62,096 nucleotides of DNA from Candidatus Nomurabacteria bacterium RIFCSPLOWO2_12_FULL_40_42 (GCA_001786195.1 MFVS01000017.1:1-62096), one strand, 5' to 3'; positions 35,043-46,158 are shown, numbered from the stretch's first letter. Numbers and translations: made by a program. Notes: a model not told the origin generated them from the letters alone.

Positions 35043-35070
35043 ATTATATGATTTTTCACCAAAAATGCAA
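35043..35070 (-). promoter_or_regulatory. purB promoter TTGCAT-16-TATAAT, 6 nt before the ATG
   Basis: Minus strand: TTGCAT (35070-35065), TATAAT (35048-35043), ATG at 35036. Confidence 0.55.
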
Positions 35071-35072
35071 AT

Positions 35073-35106
35073 AGTGACAACTTCTGCGGCCGCATAAGTT
35101 GTCACT
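35073..35106. repeat. palindrome family F, copy F1 (NotI-centred)
   Basis: AGTGACAACTT-cTGCGGCCGCAt-AAGTTGTCACT, with 11-bp perfect arms. Lies between the divergent purB and wHTH-Cas2-fold promoters. Confidence 0.8.
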
Positions 35107-35127
35107 CAGATATAGTTAGTGTATAAT
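35099..35127 (+). promoter_or_regulatory. promoter TTGTCA-17-TATAAT of the wHTH-Cas2-fold gene
   Basis: The -35 box (35099-35104) is the right arm of palindrome F1. The -10 box is at 35122-35127. ATG 35134 follows after 6 nt. Confidence 0.55.
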
Positions 35128-35133
35128 GGAAAC

Positions 35134-35631
35134 ATGAGTATTCCAGATTACATGTTTCGTCGGCTTACATATAAAGGTATGAGTGTTGATATGTTCGGTC
35201 TGCCGGAATTTCGTAATTATAAGATAAATTCTTTAAATGTTGCTTTCTCTAGATTAAAAAAGAAACATTACGTAACCTTCACTGGTTCAAGTTGGAAATT
35301 AACTAAAAATGGAGAAAAGTATTTTAAAAAAAGAAGTGCTCGCTTGCCTATCTTTAACTCAACCTTGGAAAAAGGATCTTCAAAAAATCTACTTTTAATA
35401 TTTGATATTCCTGAAGCCCGTAAAGCAGAAAGAGAATGGCTTCGTTTCCATTTAAAAAAATTCAATTATACTATGATTCAACAAAGCGCCTGGGTAGGTC
35501 CTTCTCCCCTGCCTCAAGAATTTTTAGATTATCTTAAAAACATAAAACTGAGAGATTGCATTAAGACATTCAAACTAGCAAGATCTTATCCTTGGAGCAG
35601 TAATGAACAGCGTAAGAAGGGACAAGGGTGA
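35134..35631 (+). CDS. PaaX-like protein: winged-helix N-domain plus Cas2-fold domain
   Basis: LLLIFDIPEARKAEREWLRFHLKKFNYTMIQQSAWVGP matches the Cas2/PaaX-middle-domain pattern (xxFDIP..kR..lr..L...gf..lq.SvW). Start moved from GTG 35119. Confidence 0.65.
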   Translation: MSIPDYMFRRLTYKGMSVDMFGLPEFRNYKINSLNVAFSRLKKKHYVTFTGSSWKLTKNGEKYFKKRSARLPIFNSTLEKGSSKNLLLIFDIPEARKAEREWLRFHLKKFNYTMIQQSAWVGPSPLPQEFLDYLKNIKLRDCIKTFKLARSYPWSSNEQRKKGQG

Positions 35632-35660
35632 CAAACTCTGCGGCCGCAGAATGTGTCACT
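35627..35660. repeat. palindrome family F, copy F2
   Basis: GGTGACAAACTCTGCGGCCGCAGAATGTGTCACT. Contains the TGA stop of the Cas2-fold gene and abuts the purC stop. Confidence 0.75.
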
Positions 35661-36602
35661 TTATTTTATTGTGTATTTCTTCAAATTATTTTCGATCCGC
35701 TTCTCGATATCCCCAGTTTCAATTTTAAAAGTATCTCCGGTAATCTGCTCATAAATTTGGATATAACGGCGGGACAGTTCTTCGACCATCTCGGCGGGCG
35801 CCTCCGGCAAGACTTCATCTTTGTACGGATCACAATTTTCTTTGAACCACAGGCGCAAAAATTCTTTATCGAAATTTTCCGGCTCGAGGCCGCCCGCGAT
35901 GCGCTTTTCATAGGTAGCCGCCTGCCAGTAGCGACTCGAGTCTGGGGTGTGGATTTCGTCGATTAGTATCATTTCTCCTTTTTCTGTAATTCCAAATTCA
36001 TATTTACAATCCACCAGAATCAATCCTTTTGATAGCGCAACTTCTTGTCCGCGCTTGAATAATTTCAAAGAAATGTCGGCCACTTTTTCCCACTGATCCT
36101 TGGTCATATATCCGCCATAAATTATGTCTTTGCTGGAGAGCGGACGATCATGCGTTTCGTGTTTTGTGGTTGGAGTCAAAACAACTTTTTCCAATTTTTG
36201 ATTTTTATGCATTCCATCCGGTAAAGTAAAATCTCCAAAATCCCTCATCCCCTTTTGGTATAAAGTCCACAGAGAAGTTCCGGTAACGCCAGTCATATAA
36301 GCCCGAGGCACTACTTCAACGGGTAAAACTTTGCACTTTTTGCCGACGACTACATTCGGATCGGGAAAGTCTAGGACATGATTCGGCACGATATCCTTGG
36401 TTTGTTCGAACCAGAATTTGCTGACTCCTGTTAAGACTTGACCCTTCGAGGGTATCAGTGCCAGATTGCGGTCAAAAGCTGAATACCGGTCGGTCGAAAT
36501 CATTATTACCTTGTCGGCTTGTTTGTAAACATCCCGCACTTTGCCGGTATATTTTTCGCCTAAATTTTTAAAATCTGTTTTTTCTAAGATATTCATATTC
36601 AT
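35661..36602 (-). CDS. purC: SAICAR synthetase (long form)
   Basis: 313 aa. GKVRDVY..ISTDRYSAFD and LILVDCKYEFG motifs. Confidence 0.9.
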   Translation of the reverse strand: MNMNILEKTDFKNLGEKYTGKVRDVYKQADKVIMISTDRYSAFDRNLALIPSKGQVLTGVSKFWFEQTKDIVPNHVLDFPDPNVVVGKKCKVLPVEVVPRAYMTGVTGTSLWTLYQKGMRDFGDFTLPDGMHKNQKLEKVVLTPTTKHETHDRPLSSKDIIYGGYMTKDQWEKVADISLKLFKRGQEVALSKGLILVDCKYEFGITEKGEMILIDEIHTPDSSRYWQAATYEKRIAGGLEPENFDKEFLRLWFKENCDPYKDEVLPEAPAEMVEELSRRYIQIYEQITGDTFKIETGDIEKRIENNLKKYTIK

Positions 36603-36612
36603 ATGTTTTACT

Positions 36613-37770
36613 TTACTTATAAATAATTTTATAACCTTTAGTTAATTTAGAAATTATAGAAACTTGAGGCTTGCGTTCTTTGGTAATCTTACCAACAATT
36701 TTTGCCTTAATTCCAAAATCCTTCCCTCTCTTGATGCAATATTCAGCATCTTTTTCATCTATAATTAATAACATACCTTGGCCTCCATGCCAAACTTCAT
36801 AAAATTCTTCATCATCAATATTGCGCCACTTAGCGCATTTTATCATAATCTGTGGCGGTTCCCATAAATCAAAAAGTTCTGCTGAAAGTTTTTTTGGGAA
36901 AAGAGCATCTTTGGCTAATTTTTCTTTAAAAGCTCCTCCGGATAGATGAAGGATGGAATGCAGGACAATCTCCGTTTTAAAATCCTTATTAAACCATCCA
37001 TGAAGGGTGTTAACATAATTGTCATAAAGAACCGAAGGGGTCGCCGCTTCCCTAATACTCTCTTTAGCTCTCGGATTTGTCCACCACTCTCTGCCAAATT
37101 TTTCTTTCAGCGCCTTCCTCACAGAACTTATTCCATTGCAGCGGAAACCATTTTCTTTTAATCCAAGAATCACCTGTCCTTCGGCCAAACTTTCTCCCGT
37201 AACCATTTTATTTTTATGATAAGCGCCAATCATTGTACCGGACCAATTCAATTTAGTTTTTGATCCAACTATTTCGGAACCTAGAGCATCTCCCATTTGA
37301 GCTGTTTCCCCTTTTAGAACTACTACCTTGACTTGTTTAGTCACCTTACCTAAACCCGAAATTGCGCTTTTATAAATTTTACTAACTTTGTCACCGACAT
37401 TGCCGATAGAAGTAGCATCAAAAACGTTTAGCAAAATTAAAGGAATGCCGCCATAACGAGTGATATCACTTGCAGTCATCGCGATAAGGTCATAAGCCGC
37501 CAGATGGTGAGTTTTTGCCGCATCAATCAAGATTCCCTTTGTTCCAATCCCATCCGTAGATGCTTCTATCAAATATCCCTTTGGAAGATTTTTGAAGGTG
37601 AAAGGACGAGGACCGCGAAAACCGTCTCCGGATAAATCATGAATTTCCACAAAAGGTGAATTTTTATAACTTGCTTTACAAATAGATCCAGCAAAACTAC
37701 TAAACAAAGATTCTTCTTCTACGTCAACCCCATCTTTTGAATAAATCTTTTTTTTACTTAGGATACTCAT
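36613..37770 (-). CDS. purM: AIR synthetase-like (PurM family, divergent)
   Basis: STDGIGTKGIL and PurM N/C domain order. 385 aa, in pur operon context. Confidence 0.8.
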   Translation of the reverse strand: MSILSKKKIYSKDGVDVEEESLFSSFAGSICKASYKNSPFVEIHDLSGDGFRGPRPFTFKNLPKGYLIEASTDGIGTKGILIDAAKTHHLAAYDLIAMTASDITRYGGIPLILLNVFDATSIGNVGDKVSKIYKSAISGLGKVTKQVKVVVLKGETAQMGDALGSEIVGSKTKLNWSGTMIGAYHKNKMVTGESLAEGQVILGLKENGFRCNGISSVRKALKEKFGREWWTNPRAKESIREAATPSVLYDNYVNTLHGWFNKDFKTEIVLHSILHLSGGAFKEKLAKDALFPKKLSAELFDLWEPPQIMIKCAKWRNIDDEEFYEVWHGGQGMLLIIDEKDAEYCIKRGKDFGIKAKIVGKITKERKPQVSIISKLTKGYKIIYK

Positions 37771-37788
37771 AATTTACTTTTACTTGTT

Positions 37789-38310
37789 TTATTTTTCCGC
37801 TAAGTATTTCTTATATCCGATTTTCAAAAGTTTATCGCCCTTCGTTTTATTATCTGCTTCCAGTTTTTCTTTGTAGGCAATTAATTTGTTTTCCAAATCT
37901 TGGTCGCTTCCGGCAAGTATTTGCACTGCCAAGATTCCGGCATTTTTACCGGCGTTAATGCTGACAGTGGCAACCGGTACTCCAGGAGGCATTTGAACGG
38001 TTGCAAGCAGGGAGTCCAGTCCGTCTAAAGTTTTTGCTTTAATTGGAACGCCAATAACCGGCAAGGCTGTGAGTGACGCCATTACCCCTGCCAAATGCGC
38101 CGCTCCGCCCGCTCCCGCGATAATTATCCTGATTCCCCTTTCTTTGGCGCTAGTGGCATATTCGTGCGCGATATTCGGCGCTCGATGCGCGGAAGCCACT
38201 GTCATTTCATATGATACCCCGAATTCTTCAAGCACTTTCGCCGCTTCAGCCATAATTTCCAAATCCGAATCTGAGCCCATAAGTATCATTACTTTAATGT
38301 TTTCTTTCAT
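37789..38310 (-). CDS. purE: PurE (class I-like, N5-CAIR mutase signature)
   Basis: MGSDSD and AGGAAHLAGV motifs. 173 aa. Confidence 0.9.
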   Translation of the reverse strand: MKENIKVMILMGSDSDLEIMAEAAKVLEEFGVSYEMTVASAHRAPNIAHEYATSAKERGIRIIIAGAGGAAHLAGVMASLTALPVIGVPIKAKTLDGLDSLLATVQMPPGVPVATVSINAGKNAGILAVQILAGSDQDLENKLIAYKEKLEADNKTKGDKLLKIGYKKYLAEK

Positions 38311-38385
38311 GGTTTTATCATAGCATTTTTAAAATAGAAAACAAATTAAAAAGCCAGGGCTTTTTCCTCATCACAAATCTATTTT

Positions 38386-39915
38386 TTACTCAAATTCCGT
38401 GGTGGCGGGAGGCTTGGGGGTCATGTCGAAGAAGACGCGAACGATATTTTTGTGTTTAGTGAGAGCACTGGTGATTTCTTCCATCATTTCTTCCGTAAAA
38501 TAATAACCTTTAGCAGTCATAAAGTCGGAGGTCTGCACGGCGCGGACGGCTAGCGAATGGCCATACACTCTTTCGTCGCCTTTGACGCCGACGGAATTTA
38601 CTCCGAGGAGGGCGACGATGAGCTGGGAAATATCTTTTCCGAGATTATGTTTTTTAATAATATCACTCACTGTTTTATCGGCTTCCCTAACTAGTTGAAT
38701 GATTTCCTTCGAAACTGGCACTCCCACGACTCGCAGATACAGCCCCGGACCAGGAAAAGGATTGCGCTCGTAGATAGCAGGCGGCAGTTTGAGTGCTCGA
38801 GCGAGTTCGCGGACTTCATATTTGAACAAATTTCGGAAAGGATGGAGATCTTGCACTTTCCATTTTAGCCCAACATTGTGATGCGTCTTGATCATGGCCG
38901 ACTTCCCTGCTTGGCCGCTTTCGATAAGGTCGGTGGCGAGTGTTCCTTGTACGATGAAGCCGGCTTTGTATTTGGCGATTTGCTCTTCAAATATTCGCTG
39001 ATACACTTCTCGAAACTTAGTCCGTTTTTCTTCCCCGTCAATTGTTTTGGAAATATTTTTGATAAATTCCGTACCGGCCGGGATGACGATAAGATTTTTG
39101 ACCTTAGCACTCTTGGCATTTATTTTTATTTCCTCTAATTCTTTGGCTCGCACTCCGCCAGTATCTATCGCGATGCAAATAAGTCGCTTGCGTAAGACCG
39201 GTGTCAAAATAGCCGCCAAAGTGGTGGAATCTACTCCTCCCGAAAAACCGAGAATAATATTTCCTTTATTTTTATTCACATTGTCTAAAACTTCTTTCTG
39301 AATTTCGTGAATTAAATTCTGCGGGTTCCAGTTTTTTCGACAGCCGGCCATATCCAAAAAATTTTGTAATATCTTTTTTCCTTCCGTAGTGTGAGCGACT
39401 TCCGGATGAAATTGAATTCCCAAGACTCGATTATTTTTATTGGTCATGGCCGCGATGCCGCCGGAAGTGGCAATGGAAGTAAAACCTTTCGGCAGTTTAG
39501 TCACGGTATCTCCATGACTAGCCCAGACTATCGTCTTTTGGGGAACTCCAGAAAAGAGCGAGTGGGTTGTGTCCAAAGTAACTTCGGCTGGTCCGTATTC
39601 CCGGTGCTCGTGCGGCTTGGCCACCGCACCACCCTGATCGTGCGCCAGAAGCTGCATGCCATAACAAATCCCCAACACCAAATACTTTTTGCCCGTATCA
39701 TCCAGAGACTTTGGCAGCCCAGGCGCTCCGTCATTATGCACACTCCAATTACTGCCCGAAAGGACAACAGCTTTTGGGGTATTATTTTTCAGCCACATAT
39801 CAGCTTTTTTCGGTAGCAAAATGACACTTCGTACTCCAAGCTCTCGCAAGGTGCGCCCAATGACCAAGGTATATTGGGAGCCGTAATCCACGATGAGGAT
39901 TTGAATGTCTGTCAT
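38386..39915 (-). CDS. guaA: GMP synthase (glutamine-hydrolysing)
   Basis: GATase GICYGMQLL/HPE, PP-loop SGGVDSTT. C-terminal dimerisation domain ends ..TTEFE. Confidence 0.95.
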   Translation of the reverse strand: MTDIQILIVDYGSQYTLVIGRTLRELGVRSVILLPKKADMWLKNNTPKAVVLSGSNWSVHNDGAPGLPKSLDDTGKKYLVLGICYGMQLLAHDQGGAVAKPHEHREYGPAEVTLDTTHSLFSGVPQKTIVWASHGDTVTKLPKGFTSIATSGGIAAMTNKNNRVLGIQFHPEVAHTTEGKKILQNFLDMAGCRKNWNPQNLIHEIQKEVLDNVNKNKGNIILGFSGGVDSTTLAAILTPVLRKRLICIAIDTGGVRAKELEEIKINAKSAKVKNLIVIPAGTEFIKNISKTIDGEEKRTKFREVYQRIFEEQIAKYKAGFIVQGTLATDLIESGQAGKSAMIKTHHNVGLKWKVQDLHPFRNLFKYEVRELARALKLPPAIYERNPFPGPGLYLRVVGVPVSKEIIQLVREADKTVSDIIKKHNLGKDISQLIVALLGVNSVGVKGDERVYGHSLAVRAVQTSDFMTAKGYYFTEEMMEEITSALTKHKNIVRVFFDMTPKPPATTEFE

Positions 39916-39919
39916 AATA

Positions 39920-41419
<1,500 letters not shown>

Positions 41420-42802
41420 ATGGCAAATAAAATTTTAAAAAATAAAAAAGTTTACCTGCCGAAGGGGCAGGGATTTATCGATGCAGTGGTGGGTCTCCAA
41501 TGGGGCGACGAAGGCAAAGGCAAAAATATAGATCAACTTCTCTCCAAGGGAACTTATTCGGCCGTGGCGCGTTTTCAAGGCGGGGCGAATGCGGGGCACA
41601 CGCTCAAACTAGGCGGGGTAACTTTTGTAGGGCACATTGTTCCCTCTGGCTGCCTGCACAAGAATATAGAATTGTATATCGGCAACGGAGTCGTAGTCGA
41701 TGTGGTCTCTTTAATTAACGAAATAAAACAACTGCAAGATTTAGGTTTTGATGTGACCAAGCGGCTTTATATTTCTAATCGCGCCAAACTCGTTTCTTTT
41801 TTGCATCCCTTTTTAGATCAGGCCGATGAGTTTATGCGAAATAAATTAGGAGGGAAAATCGGCACAACTTCGCGGGGCATCGGTCCGGCGTATAGCGATG
41901 TGCGGGCGAGGAGGGGGCTTTTAATTGGCGATGTTTTATTGCCAGACTTTGAACAGAAAATTGCGACTCTCAGTGAATTTCATCTGAATGTTTTAAATAT
42001 GTATAAAGAGAAATATGGTTTTGAAATACCACAGGAAAAAACAAAGGGAATAAGAGAAGCTAAAGAAAAATGGGATAATGCTGTAAGAGAACTCAAGAGA
42101 CTGCAAATTTGCGATTTATCATTTTTAATTCAAAAAAGATTATCCGAGGGCAAAAATATTTTAGCCGAAGGGGCGCAGGCAGTGATGCTGGATGTGGATT
42201 TTGGGGATTTTCCTTTTGTCACCAGCAGCAATACTCTGCCGGCCAACGTCTGCCTGGGGCTCGGCGTGCCGCATACTTATTTGCGAGACATTTATGGAGT
42301 CATTAAAGCATACACGACCAAAGTAGGCGGTGGCAATTTCCCTTCTAGAATTGCTAACCAAGCCTTGGAAAAAGCTTTTCAAGACGCTGGGCATGAATTT
42401 GGCGCCACCACCGGCCGGCCCAGGATGTGCGGCTGGCTGGACCTATTTGCTCTCCGCCATGCTATCGAACTCTCTGGTGCGAATAAAATTTTTATCAATA
42501 AAGCCGATATTTGCTTGAGTGATAAAATCAAAGTAGTGACTGGATATAAAAACAAAGAAAAAAATAAGGAGAAAGTTCTCAAAGAGTTTCCACTTTATTT
42601 AAATGAAGTCACTGGAGTCATTACCGAACAAATTCCCGGCTGGGGAAATAAAAATTATGGAGTTAACAGCAAGAAAAAAGTTTCCAAAGAGCTCGCGTCA
42701 TATTTAAATTATATAAAAAATAAACTTGCTGACCTTAATGTCAAAATCATCTCCGTCGGCACCGGGCCTGACCGGGAACACTTTTTTGAGTGGGAGAAGT
42801 AA
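41420..42802 (+). CDS. purA: adenylosuccinate synthetase
   Basis: QWGDEGKGK P-loop, GTTSRGIGPAY, GATTGRPR. Confidence 0.95.
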   Translation: MANKILKNKKVYLPKGQGFIDAVVGLQWGDEGKGKNIDQLLSKGTYSAVARFQGGANAGHTLKLGGVTFVGHIVPSGCLHKNIELYIGNGVVVDVVSLINEIKQLQDLGFDVTKRLYISNRAKLVSFLHPFLDQADEFMRNKLGGKIGTTSRGIGPAYSDVRARRGLLIGDVLLPDFEQKIATLSEFHLNVLNMYKEKYGFEIPQEKTKGIREAKEKWDNAVRELKRLQICDLSFLIQKRLSEGKNILAEGAQAVMLDVDFGDFPFVTSSNTLPANVCLGLGVPHTYLRDIYGVIKAYTTKVGGGNFPSRIANQALEKAFQDAGHEFGATTGRPRMCGWLDLFALRHAIELSGANKIFINKADICLSDKIKVVTGYKNKEKNKEKVLKEFPLYLNEVTGVITEQIPGWGNKNYGVNSKKKVSKELASYLNYIKNKLADLNVKIISVGTGPDREHFFEWEK

Positions 42803-42821
42803 GAAAGTTAATTTTTCCCTT

Positions 42822-42857
42822 ATACCACAATAACCACGGCCGCTGCTATTATGATAC
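42822..42857. repeat. palindrome family E, degenerate copy
   Basis: ATACCACAATAACCACGG|CCGCTGCTATTATGATAC, between convergent purA (ends 42802) and purN-purD (ends 42860). Confidence 0.65.
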
Positions 42858-42859
42858 CT

Positions 42860-44761
42860 TCATAATTCAAATGCTTTTTTACCTATATCCCTCCTGTACT
42901 GCATTTCCTCAAACGAAATCCTTTCTATGGCCTTGTAGGCCTTTTGGAGGGCCACTTCCAGGGTTTTACCTATAGCAGAGACTCCCAACACCCGCCCGCC
43001 ATTGGTGACTAATTTATCATCTTTTATAGTGGTTCCGGCGTGAAAGATGACGATGTCACCACCCCCTCCCCCCTCCTCAAGGAGGATGGGGTTCCCCTTC
43101 TCATAATTCCCCGGATACCCGCCAGAAGAGAGTACAATGTTACAGGCGAAAATATGTTCCTTCCATTTAATTTCCTGGTCCTCAAGTTTCTTATCAATAC
43201 AAGCATCAACAATATCCAACAAATCGCTTTCCATTAGTCGCATATAGACTTGTGCCTCCGGATCGCCAAAGCGCGCGTTGTATTCCAAAATTTTTGGTCC
43301 TTCCTTCGTTAGGATTAAACCAGGATAGAGTATTCCTTCAAATGGTGTTCCATCTTTTCGAATGCCTTCCAAAGTCGGCGCCACGATTTCTTTTTCTATT
43401 CTCTGCATGAGCTTTTCATCTACAAAAGGGAGTGGCGATATGGTGCCCACACCTCCGGTATTCGCCCCCGTGTCCCCTTCGCCGATTTTTTTATGGTCTT
43501 GCGATGGCGGGAAAATTTTATAACTTTTGCCGTCGGAAAAAGCATGAATCGAAATTTCAGGACCGGTCAAAAATTCTTCAATAACTATCTCGTTACCCGA
43601 ATTTCCGAATGTCTTTTTGACCAACATATTCTCTAGCGCTTCATTTGCTTCTTCTAGGGTTTGGACAATTATTACCCCTTTGCCCAAGGCCAAGCCGCTA
43701 GCTTTGATCACAATCGGGAGAGATTTACTGGCTACATATTTTTTTGCTTTTTCAAATTCAGTAAATATCTCAAACTTGGCCGTCGGCAAGTTGTGTCGGC
43801 GCATGAAATCTTTTGAAAATGCCTTGGACCATTCCAGCTGTGCTGCCGCCTTGGTCGGCCCCCAGATCCGCAAACCAGCTTTCTTGAATTCGTCAACTAT
43901 ACCAAGCGCCAGCGGATCGTCCGAAAGTGCCAAAGTTAAATCAATTTTCTCTTTTTGCGCAAACTCTAAAAGTTTAGAAATTTCTGTTTCTTTAATATCT
44001 AAATTAGTTCCAAGCTGTGCCGTGCCGGCATTTCCTCGAGCAAAAAAAAGTTCTCCCACTCGAGGCGACTGCGCAATTTTCCAACTGATAGCATGTTCCC
44101 GTCCCCCACCCGCGCCAACTATTAAAATTTTTAAGACCTCATCCCCCGCCTTCCCCTGGAGGGGGAAGGAGCTCCCTCGCCTTTCAGGAGAGGGTTGGGG
44201 TGAGGTTAACTTTTCCAAAACTTCTACATACAACTCATTTTCTTTTTTCTTTAATCTCGCATACAAAGATTCAACTATGTCATTTGCTTCAATCTTTTCA
44301 AAAGTTCTTCCTAAAACCGATCCAAAGTCGAAATCTAAAGTTAAAAAATGAATACTAGAACTAGCATAAGTAGCTTTTTGGTCTAGAAAATTTTGGATGG
44401 CTTTACTGCCATACATTCCTTTATTCCAAAGCGCTATTGTGCCGTCTGGATTCTTTATGTTTCCATCAATTGTGTCTGGAATTAAGCCAGGATGTAAATT
44501 CAAGATTTTATTTGAATATTTTCTAATCAAATCATCCGGAATAATTTTATTCCAACCGCAAAGGCACAAATAATCTGGATTTATTTTTTCTATTATCGGC
44601 ATCGCGTTTTCTTTATCAGAAATCACTGTCGAAATTTCCGCATTTATCTTACCCATCTCGATTGCCTCCCTGATCGCCTTCAAATTGGTTTGAGTGCCTC
44701 CCTCATGCACCATGATCACTAATTTTATTTTTTCTGATTTTTTATTTGTTGGGGACATCAT
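42860..44761 (-). CDS. fusion protein: GAR formyltransferase-like (PurN) N-domain plus GAR synthetase (PurD)
   Basis: N-part: ILNLHPGLIP and formyltransferase fold order. C-part: KILIVGAGGREHAISWKI and ATP-grasp GARS. The domains are joined by repeat A2. Confidence 0.85.
   Translation of the reverse strand: MMSPTNKKSEKIKLVIMVHEGGTQTNLKAIREAIEMGKINAEISTVISDKENAMPIIEKINPDYLCLCGWNKIIPDDLIRKYSNKILNLHPGLIPDTIDGNIKNPDGTIALWNKGMYGSKAIQNFLDQKATYASSSIHFLTLDFDFGSVLGRTFEKIEANDIVESLYARLKKKENELYVEVLEKLTSPQPSPERRGSSFPLQGKAGDEVLKILIVGAGGGREHAISWKIAQSPRVGELFFARGNAGTAQLGTNLDIKETEISKLLEFAQKEKIDLTLALSDDPLALGIVDEFKKAGLRIWGPTKAAAQLEWSKAFSKDFMRRHNLPTAKFEIFTEFEKAKKYVASKSLPIVIKASGLALGKGVIIVQTLEEANEALENMLVKKTFGNSGNEIVIEEFLTGPEISIHAFSDGKSYKIFPPSQDHKKIGEGDTGANTGGVGTISPLPFVDEKLMQRIEKEIVAPTLEGIRKDGTPFEGILYPGLILTKEGPKILEYNARFGDPEAQVYMRLMESDLLDIVDACIDKKLEDQEIKWKEHIFACNIVLSSGGYPGNYEKGNPILLEEGGGGGDIVIFHAGTTIKDDKLVTNGGRVLGVSAIGKTLEVALQKAYKAIERISFEEMQYRRDIGKKAFEL
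44136..44206 (-). repeat. GC-rich palindromic element, family A, copy A2 (71 nt), forming the PurN-PurD linker
   Basis: Outer stem ACCTCATCCCC/GGGGTGAGGT. Inner hairpins CCTTCCCC..GGGGAAGG and CCCTC..GAGGG. Translated as LTSPQPSPERRGSSFPLQGKAGDEV. Confidence 0.75.
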
Positions 44762-46142
44762 AATTTATTTCACTCTGGCGTTCTTTGAGGTCAATTGGAT
44801 AAACGCCGGTGAAGCAAGAAGTGGACAGATGTTCTTTCGGCAAGCCGATGGATTTGATTACTCCAGCGAGTGAAAGATAATGCAGGGATGTCGCTCCGAG
44901 GAATTTGCGAGTTTCTTCCACAGTTTTGTGGGCGGCAATGAGTTCATTTTGGTTCGGAGTATCCATGCCGTAAAAATCCGGGAAACGAATCGGCGGCGAA
45001 GAGATGAGGAGATGCACTTCTTTGGCGCCAGCTTTGAAAAAAGTTTCGACGAGCCGCTTGCAGGTATTCCCTCGCACAATCGAATCATCGATGACGGCTA
45101 TTCTTTTTCCCTTTAAAACTTGGGGCAAGGGAATGAGTTTGAGAGCGACGCTATGTCGGCGAGATTTTTGATCCGGCTCGATGAAAGTCCGATGCACATA
45201 GCGATTTTTGACCAAAGCCATTTCCATCGGAATTCCCGAGGCGGCGCTGTAACCAAGGGCCACCGGCATAGCTGTGTCCGGCACCGGCACAACGATATCA
45301 ATATTTTTCAACTTGCATTCTTGCGCCAATTGTTTGCCGAAATTTTTTCTAATTTCATAAATTAATTTACCGTTTAACACACTATCCGGACGAGCAAAAT
45401 ACACATATTCAAATATGTCATGATTCGGAGTCGGCTTCCCGAGTTGAATACTTTTAATGCCTTTTGAGTTTATGACAATCATTTCCCCAGGTTTGATATC
45501 TCTCACAAATGTCGCCCCGATGGTAAGGAGTGCGCAAGTTTCCGAAGCGACGACATAGCCTTTATCGATCATCCCCAAAACGAGCGGACGCATCCCATAA
45601 GCGTCTCGCACCGCCACCAGACTTTTCTGATCCATCATCATCAAAGAAAATGATCCAGTGATCAAGGGGAAAGTGTTCTTGACCGATTCCTGAATCGAAT
45701 TCCCTTCTTTGATAAAAAAATCAATGGTGTCGGTAATAAGCTCGGAGTCCATGCGATTTTTTTGCAACGCTTTTTTAGAGGCTAAAAATTTTTCTAGTTC
45801 TTTAACGCTTGGCAGATTGCCGTTGTGCGCCAGAGCAAAATTATTATCTTTGTTTACCACTGGTTGCGCATGATCCAGCGCTCCGCCACCGGAGGTCGAA
45901 TATCGATTGTGGCCGATGGCGATATGACCTTTTAAATTTTTTATATCTTCTTCTTTATAAACCTGCCCCACTAACCCGGCGCCTTTGTGAGTGTGAAGTT
46001 TTTTGCCGTCACTCGTCGTGATACCTGAAGCCTCTTGGCCGCGGTGTTGCAAGGCAAACAAAGAGAAAAATGCTAATTTAGAAACGGGCAAATTCTTGCC
46101 GTATACTCCCACAATTCCGCATTTTTCTTTTAATTCACTCAT
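44742..46142 (-). CDS. purF: amidophosphoribosyltransferase
   Basis: N-terminal ..KCGIVGVYG (Ntn Cys) and PRTase VIDDSIVRGNT. 20-nt overlap with purN-purD. Confidence 0.95.
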   Translation of the reverse strand: MSELKEKCGIVGVYGKNLPVSKLAFFSLFALQHRGQEASGITTSDGKKLHTHKGAGLVGQVYKEEDIKNLKGHIAIGHNRYSTSGGGALDHAQPVVNKDNNFALAHNGNLPSVKELEKFLASKKALQKNRMDSELITDTIDFFIKEGNSIQESVKNTFPLITGSFSLMMMDQKSLVAVRDAYGMRPLVLGMIDKGYVVASETCALLTIGATFVRDIKPGEMIVINSKGIKSIQLGKPTPNHDIFEYVYFARPDSVLNGKLIYEIRKNFGKQLAQECKLKNIDIVVPVPDTAMPVALGYSAASGIPMEMALVKNRYVHRTFIEPDQKSRRHSVALKLIPLPQVLKGKRIAVIDDSIVRGNTCKRLVETFFKAGAKEVHLLISSPPIRFPDFYGMDTPNQNELIAAHKTVEETRKFLGATSLHYLSLAGVIKSIGLPKEHLSTSCFTGVYPIDLKERQSEINYDVPNK

Positions 46143-46158
46143 ACATTAATTTCTTTTT

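Noticed and set aside
43617-44351. 244-aa plus-strand ORF antisense to purD.
   Set aside because: The opposite strand encodes a well-conserved GARS ATP-grasp. The ORF composition (Ser/Ala/Phe-rich) is typical of a shadow frame.
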